NCBI GenBank assembly: GCA_003971905.1
Contig: RSEE01000155.1
Coordinates: 1-64,000 of the forward strand
Source: Moniliella sp. 'wahieum'
Lineage: Eukaryota
DNA: 64,000 nt
Reading direction: 5' to 3'
Positions within the stretch are counted from its first letter, which is position 1; the number at the start of each line of letters is the position of its first letter. A program made the position numbers and the translations under genes. Below the pieces are notes generated by a model. The model made no database searches and was not told where the DNA came from. It worked only from the letters and a program-made list of their open reading frames with translations. Below, piece by piece: positions 54,048-64,000 of this stretch.

Positions 54048-55883
54048 TCAACTGTGGTGGGTGGCCCAGTACTGCTTCATCCAGTGCTCGGTCCACTGGA
54101 GAGCTTCCTGGTGGATGCGCTGGATGCGGCGGTTCGTGCGGCCAGTGAGCGAGTCGCAGCCGTGCCAGCAATCGGGGATCAACTTGAACGGCCGATCGAG
54201 CGTGTCCAGCCGGTCTCCGCCGTAGGCAAAGTCCTCACTCCACTGGCACACTGAGCGCCAAGGATCGTACTGCCCACCAATAATTGCCAGTCGGTCCGCT
54301 GCAATGTCCAGCGCGCCCCACTTGTTGACGCGCTGCGTGTCGGGCCGCTTGGGAAGGTGGTAGACTTTGCCCGGTGGGAAGAGCTCGGGGTCGCGGCAGA
54401 TGGAAGAGGTGTACTCATAGTCAATCAGCTCCGACAGCACCTTGGGCCCACGAATCACATCGCCATCCGGATGCGGCGTGCCGGGGGCAACCATGTTGTA
54501 GCCAAAGGTAGTGCATACGAGCCAGGTCCACGACTTGCCCGCGTCCATCTCGGCAGGCGCATGACCGGCAAACGACGTGCCGAAACAATAGTCCCCAGCT
54601 CGGTCGCCCAGTTGCGGCGTCATGGTCTTGACGCACGGTGCGGTCGCTGTGCTGGCACTGTATGCGCCCCAGAGGTAGACGGTCCAGTCCAGGACAAGAC
54701 CGTCCTTTTCGCCCTGGGTCTGCATCTTCTTGGCAGTCTTGGTCACATTGGCGCTGGGCTCGGTAAGCGCGGTGCAAAACTCGTCCCAGGGAGCGTTGGA
54801 GCCAGGCGTCCAATACTGTTCCTGGAACAATCCGAGCGGACTGGAAAGCGTGTTGGCCAAGTCTTGGATGTTGGTCAGGGTCTGGTTGGCACCGACGAAA
54901 ATGTCAATGAGCGCTTGGCGATCTTTCTTGACCTTGGCCGGATCCGCCACGGGTTCGCCCTTTTGCAGCGCCCAGACTGGCTTGGCTACGCGGTCAAAGC
55001 TCGCCATGGCACGTTGAATGGCTTGGGAACAGTACGCATTCGCACCGCGCGCAGCAATGTAATAGTACTCGGGGAATACGTCCTGCGCCAGCGTCACGCC
55101 CGAGGAGGAGATCGCGCCCCAGACCAAGTCGGGGTAGTTCTTGCGCATCCAAGCGGAGCGCGCACCGGGGTAGGAAGCACCATAGTAGATAACAGGTGTC
55201 TGGTGATGTTCGCCGCTCAAGTCCTCCTCTACCCCGGGCAATTTGAGCTGCTTGATGAACCGTGCCGAGTCCTCCAGCGCTTGCTCCACCGACAAAAACC
55301 GCATCCCATCCTGGTCCCACTTATTGGACTGCGGCCAAATCTCGCTGCGGTTCGGGTAGGACTGACCAAAGCCGCGGTGCTCGAGGATGACGGTGATGCC
55401 ACCTGTCTTGTTGGCAAGAACGTCGAGAATGCCCGACTCGAGGTAGCCGACGTAAAGCGACGCATCCTCCTCGCCCGCATCAAATAGGTACACAGGCAAC
55501 TTGTGGCCCTTGGGCCGCTGGGAAGGAGGCTTGTAGTGCTTGGTGGTGAACCAGTAGCGCTGGCCAAACGTCACATTGTTGTGCGGATCAAAGTGGTCCA
55601 GCGGCTGCTGGAACGTATGAACCGGATACGACTGGCGCCGAGGCAGAATAGGCGCACCTCGGCCCGAGCCAAGCGCAGCACGGCGGTGAGTATGCTGCAC
55701 AGCTCCCTTGGCGGCCGCTTGAGCTTGGGACGCCAGGAACTTTTCCAGTCCGGGGATGCGGCGAGGGGTGCGAGGGAGCACACTCTTGCCCGGCTGCACG
55801 CTTGCGCTGTAAGGCAGGGGCGGAGCGGCGGCCACGATGCCAGCGAGGGCAGCCAGCAGCAGCGAGACGGGTGCGAACTTCAT
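54048..55883 (-). CDS. Secreted serine peptidase, family S28 (611 aa, intact, intronless)
   Basis: Signal peptide MKFAPVSLLLAALAGIVAA; FQQPLDHF..TFGQRYW; LEHRGFGQS; EQALEDSA; GASYPG; DPW; WHGCD. Confidence 0.93.
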   Translation of the reverse strand: MKFAPVSLLLAALAGIVAAAPPLPYSASVQPGKSVLPRTPRRIPGLEKFLASQAQAAAKGAVQHTHRRAALGSGRGAPILPRRQSYPVHTFQQPLDHFDPHNNVTFGQRYWFTTKHYKPPSQRPKGHKLPVYLFDAGEEDASLYVGYLESGILDVLANKTGGITVILEHRGFGQSYPNRSEIWPQSNKWDQDGMRFLSVEQALEDSARFIKQLKLPGVEEDLSGEHHQTPVIYYGASYPGARSAWMRKNYPDLVWGAISSSGVTLAQDVFPEYYYIAARGANAYCSQAIQRAMASFDRVAKPVWALQKGEPVADPAKVKKDRQALIDIFVGANQTLTNIQDLANTLSSPLGLFQEQYWTPGSNAPWDEFCTALTEPSANVTKTAKKMQTQGEKDGLVLDWTVYLWGAYSASTATAPCVKTMTPQLGDRAGDYCFGTSFAGHAPAEMDAGKSWTWLVCTTFGYNMVAPGTPHPDGDVIRGPKVLSELIDYEYTSSICRDPELFPPGKVYHLPKRPDTQRVNKWGALDIAADRLAIIGGQYDPWRSVCQWSEDFAYGGDRLDTLDRPFKLIPDCWHGCDSLTGRTNRRIQRIHQEALQWTEHWMKQYWATHHS

Positions 55884-56949
55884 CCTGGCGGGGAGGGGAG
55901 GGAAAGAGAGTGTGCGAGGGAAGAAAGAATGTGGTGTGGGGGGGGAGGAGGGGAGGGGGGGAGGGAGACGAGGGGAAGGGAGACAAGAGCGAGGGGCGAG
56001 AGGGAGGGGGAGAGGGAGAGGGAGAGGGAGAGGGAGAGGAGGGGCGATGGAGGGGCGATGGAGGGCGAAACAAAAAGCCGGCGGCCTCCAATTATACTCT
56101 GCCGTGTTGCGACTAGCACACTGTGCAACCCAGAAAGCACATGCTTTTCTGGCTCGGTGGCATCTTTCAACGCTGCAAAGCGTGATTAATTCGTGATTGG
56201 CGCGAGCGAGCGGGAAAACGCCCCACACACTGGCCCCGTGGCATCGTGATCGGCAGTCTAGTCAATATTCAAACATTCAATATTCACGACATCCTAACGT
56301 GGGTGATGTTGATCGCCACGGGGCGACTGGGCACGGAAGGAAGCTTCACTAGCTCTTCACTTCTCCGCAGATGCATGTCACATGTCTATCATGCACCGTG
56401 TGGCGCTACGAGCTACGGACAATATCGATTGTAGCGGCCCGATTTGTCGCCTGTCGATTGTCGATCATCTCGATAACCCATCTCCTCAAGCTCTATCTCG
56501 CACGCGCTTGCAACCATTAATAGCTTCAGGCTGGCCTCAGTTTCTGTAACCATGTAACCGCCAAATACGTAGACTTCTAGTGACTATCTTTCCACCTCCC
56601 GGGGTCTACAGAAAGACGATGGTTTACATATATATTCCTATCTATGAGGCTGCTTGTTCTTGGCTACTAATCTTTTTTCCTTTCGAGGCTGGCGAGCAAA
56701 GACGATGCACAGCTGAACACCTTGTTGCAAGAGTTGGTCAACGTGCGTCGGTTCCAAACATACCAGGAGTTGCTTTCCTGTATTCAACAAGTCCATCGGT
56801 TTTCGCCTCCAACTAATGGGCAGAACGTTGAAATGCATCTCTATGTTGTGTGCATTTCATTGACAGAGCTTGAGGCTGGGACAGGGGGAACGCTACGTTT
56901 AAACCGAACCGTTCTCATCTTGCGGGGGTTATTTGAAAGCGCCACAAGA

Positions 56950-57330
56950 TCAAGGAACCAGGGGGATCGCCAGGATATCAGGACCCTCCGGCTCTCGCCA
57001 TCCAGTCCCGTACCCTAGGAAGCGCGTGTGGACACGGAGGAACGTGGTTGACATCCGAGCGAGGAACCATTTCCACTGAGACTTAGTAGCCGACTCCTTC
57101 CAAAGCGCAAACAACTTGCCCGCTGTCTTGGTGCCGTAGTATCCTCGCGTCGTCAAAACCAGGGGGGAAAACGGCTCTTGAGTGCGTCCCTGGTACTTGG
57201 CGTTCTTGTCGCATTCTGCTTGTTCAAGCAGCTGAAGCAGCTCCTTCTCCCGGCGTTCCAAGGGGGTTGCGGTGCTGATGCACCACCCTCCGGTCAACGT
57301 ACTTGGCCAATCCCGATGATCGATAATGCG
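56950..57330 (-). mobile_element. 3' fragment of an RLE-endonuclease non-LTR retrotransposon (CRE/Cnl1-like)
   Basis: LEQAECDKNAKYQG...FSPLVLTTRGYYGTKT...FLARMSTTFLR matches the E-x2-K-x2-KY...F.P.V.xT.G pattern at the end of the RLE domain. Recognised by eye, no search run. Confidence 0.62.
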
Positions 57331-57488
57331 CTTAAATTTCACATTTCACCGACCAACGAGATGGAAGATAGATGCAATTTGAAACGTGAAGCAGCAACAG
57401 GCACGACGGGGCCGGCGGGCACGGCGCCAGTACCCAGTCGGGCGTCTGCCGAGCGGCGGATCGGGTCGCACGTCGCGCGTCTTGGCCA

Positions 57489-57505
57489 ACGCGTCGGTGG
57501 CGCGT
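57489..57505. promoter_or_regulatory. MCB-like ACGCGT/GCGCGT sites just upstream of CDC8
   Basis: ACGCGT at 57489-57494 plus neighbouring CGCG cores. dTMP kinase is a classic G1/S gene in yeasts. Confidence 0.3.
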
Positions 57506-57520
57506 TTTTTCCCACTGCGG

Positions 57521-58355
57521 ATGCCCACCGCGACCACCACCGCGACTGCCATGGGCACCTCAGCTGGCCAGCGGCCTTTTGTCGTCGTCGAGGGCCTGGA
57601 CCGAGGGGAAGACGACGCAGGTGGACCGTCTCCGTGCGCGCCTCAGCGTCTGGCCCAAGCCCAGCACCCCGGTCCACGTAGCCAAGTTCCCGACCGCACC
57701 ACCCACCGGTCAAGTGCTCGATGCCTACCTCAAGTCCTCCACCGAGCTCGACGACCGCGCCGCCCATCTCTTATTTAGCGCCAATCGATGGGAAGCCATG
57801 TACGTCCCGGGACTCCTTTCATTGTTGCCGCGGACGAGGACTGACGCTTCCCAGGCCGCAGCTGCGCCAGACCCTTCTGTCGGGAAGCCATGTGATCGCA
57901 GACCGGTACGCGTTTAGGGGGTGGCGTATACCGCTGCCAAATCCAAATCGGCCACGACGGAAGATGCTGCGCGGAGCGTCGCCGGTCCTTCCAGGGCTTG
58001 GCTCATGGCTCCCGATACGGGCCTCCTGTCCCCCGATTTGGTCGTTTTCTCTCTGTCTCGGCCGAGGTTGCGGCGGCCCGGGGTGGGTATGGACAAGAGC
58101 GGTACGAGCGCGCTGCCTTCCAACAAGCTGTGGCCGGTGAATTTCAGGCTCTCAGCAAGGTGGTGGCACAAGGGGTGTACCCTGGGTAACCATCGACGCA
58201 AGTGGAACTCCCGAAGAGATAGAGGATGCGATTTGGACGCAGGTGGCCCAACTGCCAGCACCCAGCACCCTACAGATGGATCTGTTCCACTCCTAACTCT
58301 TTGGGAAACAATGTACTGGTGGATTAAGATACTTCTGAACCACATGGATGTGTAG
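57521..58355 (+). CDS. CDC8: Thymidylate kinase (intron ~57800-57861; frameshifted)
   Basis: FVVVEGLDR.GKTTQ; ELDDRAAHLLFSANRWE; IADRYAF; APDTGLLSPDLV; RGGYGQERYE. Confidence 0.9.
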
Positions 58356-58396
58356 AATTTGGCGATTGGGAGGCCCCAGGGAAGAGGCCCAGGCCA

Positions 58397-61300
58397 TTAG
58401 ACATTAGAATTGTAGGGGGTTACTTGTTGGCCTTTGTCGGGCTTCCTCCTGTCCGAATCTGGGCCATTAGGGAAGTAGTTACCATTCTGGATTTCTTCGT
58501 CGTTCATGCCTTCATCGTCCTCATTCACATCTGTGGCTGGTTCGCCCGGATGGTCGTCGGAGACACGCTTGGCGAGCTCAAGCTTACGCGTACCGAGGGC
58601 ATAGATCTGATCGTCAATTGTCCCTTTGGAGAGCAAGCGAACAACGGTGACATCACGCTTCTGGCCTAGTCGGTGGGCACGATCCACAGCCTGCTTGTCA
58701 TTGTGGGGGTTGAAGTCTTGATCGTACACACCACCCAGTTGGCCGCCGTGAGGTTGATCCCAACGCCACCCGCACGCGTGGTTAGCAGGAACACGGGAAT
58801 CGACTCGTCCTTGGTGAATTGGTCCACCAGCTTTTGCCGGTCCTCGACTCGCGTCGCACCAGTAAAGCCGAGGTACTTGATGCCCAAAACGTGCAAGGCC
58901 TCGCACAGAATATCGAGTACTGTAGTGAACTGGGAGAAGAGTAATACCCTCTCTCCCTTAGCCATTGCCTCCTTCAAAATCTCCTGCAACGCCTGGACCT
59001 TGCCGCTGTCGAGCCACGCGTCGGAGGGAAGAATGTGCTTCTTGGTATACTGGGCAAATATGATCGGTTAGTACCTGGTGCCTGACGCGATGAATTGCAC
59101 GTACAGAGTAGGAGCCCGCCATTGGCTCAGGGAAGCGTCCGAGTTGATCGCAAAGTCCTCCTTGACGTGCTCCAGAGGCTCATCGGCATGATCGGGTTCT
59201 TAACATAATCCCGCGCCAGTGCTTCGATCTTCTGCATGTCGAACCTGCGACGAAAGAGTAAGGGGTGATTCGCTGCCTTGCGCAAGTCCATTAGGATGTG
59301 ACCTGACTTGGCCGCGGCGGCCGCTTTGGCCTTGACTGTCTTTCCCCCGCCCCCTTGCTCTTCCTGGGCGCTTTCCGGGCTCCATCCAACACATCGGCGT
59401 ACACCTGCGCTTGGGCGGGCGTCATATCGCACCGCACCACCCGCTCAGTCTTACAGGCCAACTCGTGCGCAAGCACCTTCTCCTTTCTTCTTCGTAGTAC
59501 AAACGGCTTCATCAGCGCCTTGGCCCGCTCCACTCGCTCGGTGCTGAGAGATTGGAGTTGGATGAAGCAGTCGTAGCAGGCTTGGCTTTGAATATGGACT
59601 CAAGCAGCTCGGAATCGGCATCGCCAAAGTAGGTGGGCAAGAAAGTTGAGCAGCGAGGCAACTCCCCCAGGTGGTTCTGCAACGGCGTGCCGTGAGCAGC
59701 AGTCGGCGCTGGGCAGGGATCCGCATCAGTTTCTGGTACCGCTCCGAACGCCGGTTCTTGAGCATATGTCCCTCGTCAAAACACAGACGTTGAACTCGCG
59801 CTTGCGGAAGAAGCGGGCATCGTACTTGCCAGCTGAGCCCCCCGAACTGGCCATATCGTATGTCGTCAACACCACGTCCAGTTCGCCCGCATCTTGCTTG
59901 TCCGCAATCTGCTCACGCAGGATATCTCTCTTTCTGAGAACCCCAATAGACGGCCACATGCAGCCCGTTGGCGTTTGAGCTCGCAGCGACCTCGAGTTCT
60001 CTTCGCCAGTTCTCCAGCACGGATGAAGGGGCGACGACAAGGTGTGGGCCAGGCTCCCCCTTGCCTTGAGAGCCAGGAGAAAGGAGATGACCTGTACTGT
60101 TTTTCCTAGTCCCATTTCGTCAGCAAGGATGGCAGAGAGGCGGCGGTTGTACAGAAGACTGAGCCAGTTAACCCCCGTGAGCTGGTAGGGCTTCAACCGA
60201 AACTGTTCCGATAATCCTCGTGGCTGCTCAGACAGGTAACCTTCCTGACGTGCTTGGGCCGATGGGTTCCGGTTACCACCCTCTTGTTGATTATGCGGGT
60301 CTCCAATGCCCATCTTTGCATGTCTTCCAAAAGGCGTCGACCTACACCTTCAACTCGATGCAAAATCTGGTCCACTTGCTGGTAGCCAGCCATCACCTCG
60401 ACGCATGTATGGAAGAGGCGGGGGGTGACTCCCTTGGCTGCGCGGTCCCCTAGCTTGTCGTTCACCTCGTTTCGTCGTTGAAAGGGCGAAGCGCGCGATC
60501 GTCGCAGCCTGAGCGACACTGCAGCCAATCGTCTCGCACAGTGCATTCTCGCTCGCCGTGTGAACCACTCCAGCGCATTGGTCATCTTCCTCGAGCCGCA
60601 TCGTCGCTCTCCTCCCCGTATATCAATCTCAATCGCTTCCTCCTCGTCACTGTCCTCGGGGATAGCAACGGGGAGAGAAGGTGTTCCTTGGCTTTGCTCT
60701 GTGATGGCTTGTTCTCCGGAACGGCGCTGGCGACGAAGAGATGGAAGCCCTGAAAGAACTGACACCGGAGTGAGGCCAGGGCATTAGCGCGGAACCGATG
60801 GTACTAGACACACCGTGGTAGGGGGCGGAGGTTCTTTCGATACTGTCCTCGATGACGGAGGGGCACCACGGCGGAATTTGCGGGTCGGTACGATGTTCTC
60901 CACGTCCTCGTCCGCGTCCTCCTTCCCCTCTTCTTGCTCTTGCTCCTGCTTCATGCTTTGGGTTTGGACAGGGCAGAAGAAAAGTCAGATCGGGTTTGCG
61001 GCTCCCTGTTGACAGGAGGAGGGAGGCAACTATTATTCCTCACCGCCCTACACTGATGCAAGTGGGTCATCGTCTCGTCTTTGTCCCACCGCCTCCACCA
61101 ACCGTGGCCAAGATGCTTTCGGGACGGAACTCGTCAAAATGGAGGCAGAGCTGCTCATAAACTGCCCGGTGAGCAGGGGACAGTGTGTCGGGAGAAACCG
61201 CATCTCCTTGGAGCGTCGCCCCAGCTCCGACAGGGCATCGGACGCGCTACTGTTGTTCCTGGCCAACGTCTCCTGCACCTCTTCGAGGAGAACTCGGGGT

Positions 61301-61466
61301 ACAGCGCGTTGATGCGCAAGGCCTTGGTCCCGCCATCAGACGTGGTCTTGCGGGAGCCGGGACGCGCAGGGAAAAGGTTCCGTGTGCCAAAGGGCACTGC
61401 CTCGCCCGTCCGGCGCTTCTGGCCGGCAGCGGGGGGCCTTGAAGCGCGCCAGGTCGGGGAGGGCAT
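58397..61466 (-). CDS. FUN30: SNF2-family chromatin remodeller Fun30/SMARCAD1 (frameshifted; start approximate)
   Basis: [86 protein letters not shown]. Confidence 0.9.
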
Positions 61467-62067
61467 TGTCGGGTGGTGGGATAAGGTGGGTGGGGCCTGG
61501 TTGGGCTGAAGCTGGCAGATCAGTTGCCTTCAACGTTCAACCCATGCGCCCCCGTGCCTGCTTGCCCACGCGGTCGCGTATCGTTGCCAACGCGACGTCG
61601 AGTAGGGTTAACGTTGACCACTGACAGCGTTGATCACAACGCGCCCTTCTCCGGGTGTATATATCTCGCCCACATCCCACTCAAGGAAACCATCCTTATC
61701 CTTCCCCCTATCTCCATGTGCTGTGATCCAGCCTCGAACAAGTTCAAAAGGCAAGTAGAACCAAACGCCAAGTCGTTTGGAAAGGATTGTTATCCTTTTT
61801 CTGCCTCGATATCAGAGTACCAAACGCCGCGCTTCGATTGAATATGCAATCCCTTCGAGCTCACATGGAGCCATGCCGATTTTCTAGCCATTATATCTCC
61901 TGCATTCATTCCATCGCCATCCCATGGGGGGGACGAAACCAATCATCATGGGCACCTTACATGGCCACCACTGCCGCCTCGATCACGCCCACAACTTGGT
62001 GTGCGCATCGTCTAGACCAGCAAGGAATGCCTGAGTGTAACTGTCCTGGTCATCTTGCCTGAGGGTG

Positions 62068-64000
62068 CTAGCTTGGAGGTGCGACTTCCAGCTGTCCAAC
62101 ACATACTGTCCAGCAAGCCGATTCGCCCAAGTTTTCACCCGCAAAGCTCTTGCCTGCTAGGAAGCCGTCGCTTGTACCCGTGCTGACTGCCATCATCATG
62201 TGGTCTTCTGACTTGGGCTTGGGCTTGCGGGACTTCAATGCAACCGATTCCTTCGCCTGGGCTCGCCGCACAGCCTCCTTTTCTTGCCGGATAGTGCGAT
62301 AGCGCGCGCCCGCGGGACTTCCACCGCGCATGTTTCCCTGACCGACAACAAAGTACCCCGATACCTCCGTCGCCGAAGCGGTAGATGAAGAGGTGGAGAG
62401 ACTTGACGAGGGGCTCTTTGTTGTGTCTCCAGAACGATCGCCGGAAGGATTGAACTGGGGCACAACGGATGACGCCATAGACGGGACCGCAGATGGGAAA
62501 GCTGGGCTGAGGGGGAGGGAAAGGGTAATCTCCCCACTGAGCTCAAATGAGGTGGTGATCACCACTTCATGAGACCATTGCAATGTTACCGCTGAAATCG
62601 CTGGGGTGGGGACAGCGGTAGGGGAGATAGAGCTTCGACACGCTCTTGGAGTGGGTGGACCCACTCGCCGAGTTGCCGAGTGTGGCTTATCGGATGAAGA
62701 ACTCGAACTGGATTGCGAGCTGCTCCAGATCAAGGATGAGGAGCTAGAAGGGGCTGAGCTTGTCGACAGAGACATGGACGTCGTCGAAGAGACCTTCTCG
62801 CTCATGCTAGAACTGAGCTTGCTGGACGAAGCTGGTGTGTCGCTTGAGCTGATCTTCGTCTGAGTTGAGGACCGGGACATGCTGCTCGAGGTCGGAGAGG
62901 ACGAGTGGGGACGCGTGAAGGCGGTAGAAGACGGGTAGATTTGGGAACTGGAAGGGGTTGACGTTGGTACCAAGCGGGAAGGTACTGCAGGGACCTGGAG
63001 GCAGGAAACATTTTTGGCGATCGTCCCAGCGACAGCAACCTGCTGGGAAGCATTGAGGCTTCCCAAATGGCTGTAGGTGGCGCGTTAGAGATGTTCCAAA
63101 GCGTGAAAGGGCTAGTGAGAAACTCCTTGGCTGCAGCCTTGAAGCACCATCCCGCATTGTTCTTGCAATCCTCCATAGTGTACGAGACCAATATATCGTG
63201 CCCGCCGTCCGGGTACCAAACACCTGGTTCTCAGCTTCACAGAAGGCCTTCTCTGCTGCTTGAGGGTTTGCCTCCCCCTGGAGACTTGCGGCAGCTAGGG
63301 CGCAGGACCATTCCCCCACGACCACGTTTCCTCTGACCGCCGCGGAGCTAGCATTGAGCTGCACATCCACGGGTCCATCAATCTCTTCGTATGCACAGTC
63401 GCATTGGCCCTTTGGTCTGCACGTGTGTACACATAGTACAGATGAGTGTCATCGACGACGAAGTCTTGGCTTGGACGGCTGTTGATCAACTCTGTGCCTC
63501 GGGTCAAGTTGAAGGCATCTTGAAAATAGAGCGGGAACGTGCTTGCGCCCGGAACCGTGCGCAGCGTGTCGAGGGTCTCGTTGTACCATGTCCAAAGGGC
63601 TGGGACATTGATCGGCTCATTGAGGAGCTCAATTCCCACCACATTAGTCACATTAACCAACCTCTCCGTCAAGTTGGTAAGCAAAGCCGTAGTGAGAGAC
63701 ATGTTTCCTTCGCTGAAGAACCCCACCTCTCCATTTGACACACCACTAATGGGGCCAGCATTGGCAGCACCGTAAGCCCCATGGAGATCGAGCAAGACAC
63801 CAAGGTTATACTTGGCTGCCCATTTGATCCCGCGTACAAGGTAGCGCCAGCTGTTGGTGTACACCGTCGAATAAGGGGCAAAGGGAGTGTTGTCTGTCCA
63901 GTTGCTTCCCAAAGTCCAGTAACCAATTGGAATGCGAACGGTATTGACTCCCAACCCAGCCATAGTCTGGAAATCCTCTTCCTGGATCCATGTGTCCCAA
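62068..64000 (-). CDS. GH5 exo-1,3-beta-glucanase-like protein with Ser/Thr-rich tail (5' end outside the window; frameshifted)
   Basis: GVNTVRIPIGYW; LLDLHGA; IELLNEP (acid/base); DTHLYY; VVGEWS (nucleophile); long Ser-rich C-terminus. Confidence 0.9.

Noticed and set aside
54357..55487. 376-aa plus-strand ORF and similar antisense ORFs
   Set aside because: Shadows of GC-rich real genes on the opposite strand.

Overview
Eukaryotic, intron-poor, GC-rich fungal DNA. GT-AG introns with CTRAC/CTAAC branch points and the gene content suggest a basidiomycete, plausibly Ustilaginomycotina (inference). About 19 protein genes are recognisable: a Zn2Cys6 TF, a divergent ZPR1, CHS7 x2, DBP3, GRAM/VASt (Lam/Ysp2-like) x2, ARG3, RNA14, an MP88-like secreted protein, a bHLH TF, a RasGAP, TMEM135, a CaMK, tubulin cofactor B, an S28 peptidase, CDC8, FUN30 and a GH5 glucanase. 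Most carry scattered 1-bp frameshifts that look like assembly errors, so CDS ends are approximate. Mobile and repeat content includes an 830-bp solo LTR with a perfect 5-bp TSD, a 3' fragment of an RLE-type non-LTR retrotransposon, a two-copy ~250-bp MITE-like repeat and a 350-bp tandem duplication. Two observations stand out. (1) The CHS7+GRAM gene pair is present twice as an old inverted duplication roughly symmetric about ~32-33 kb, with DBP3 in only one arm; this may be a fractionated fossil palindrome. (2) Non-coding DNA throughout carries period-7 arrays made of 6-bp A-NNNN-T palindromes joined by one base (TNA junctions), using at least 14 of the 16 possible cores. No tRNA, rRNA or CRISPR was seen.
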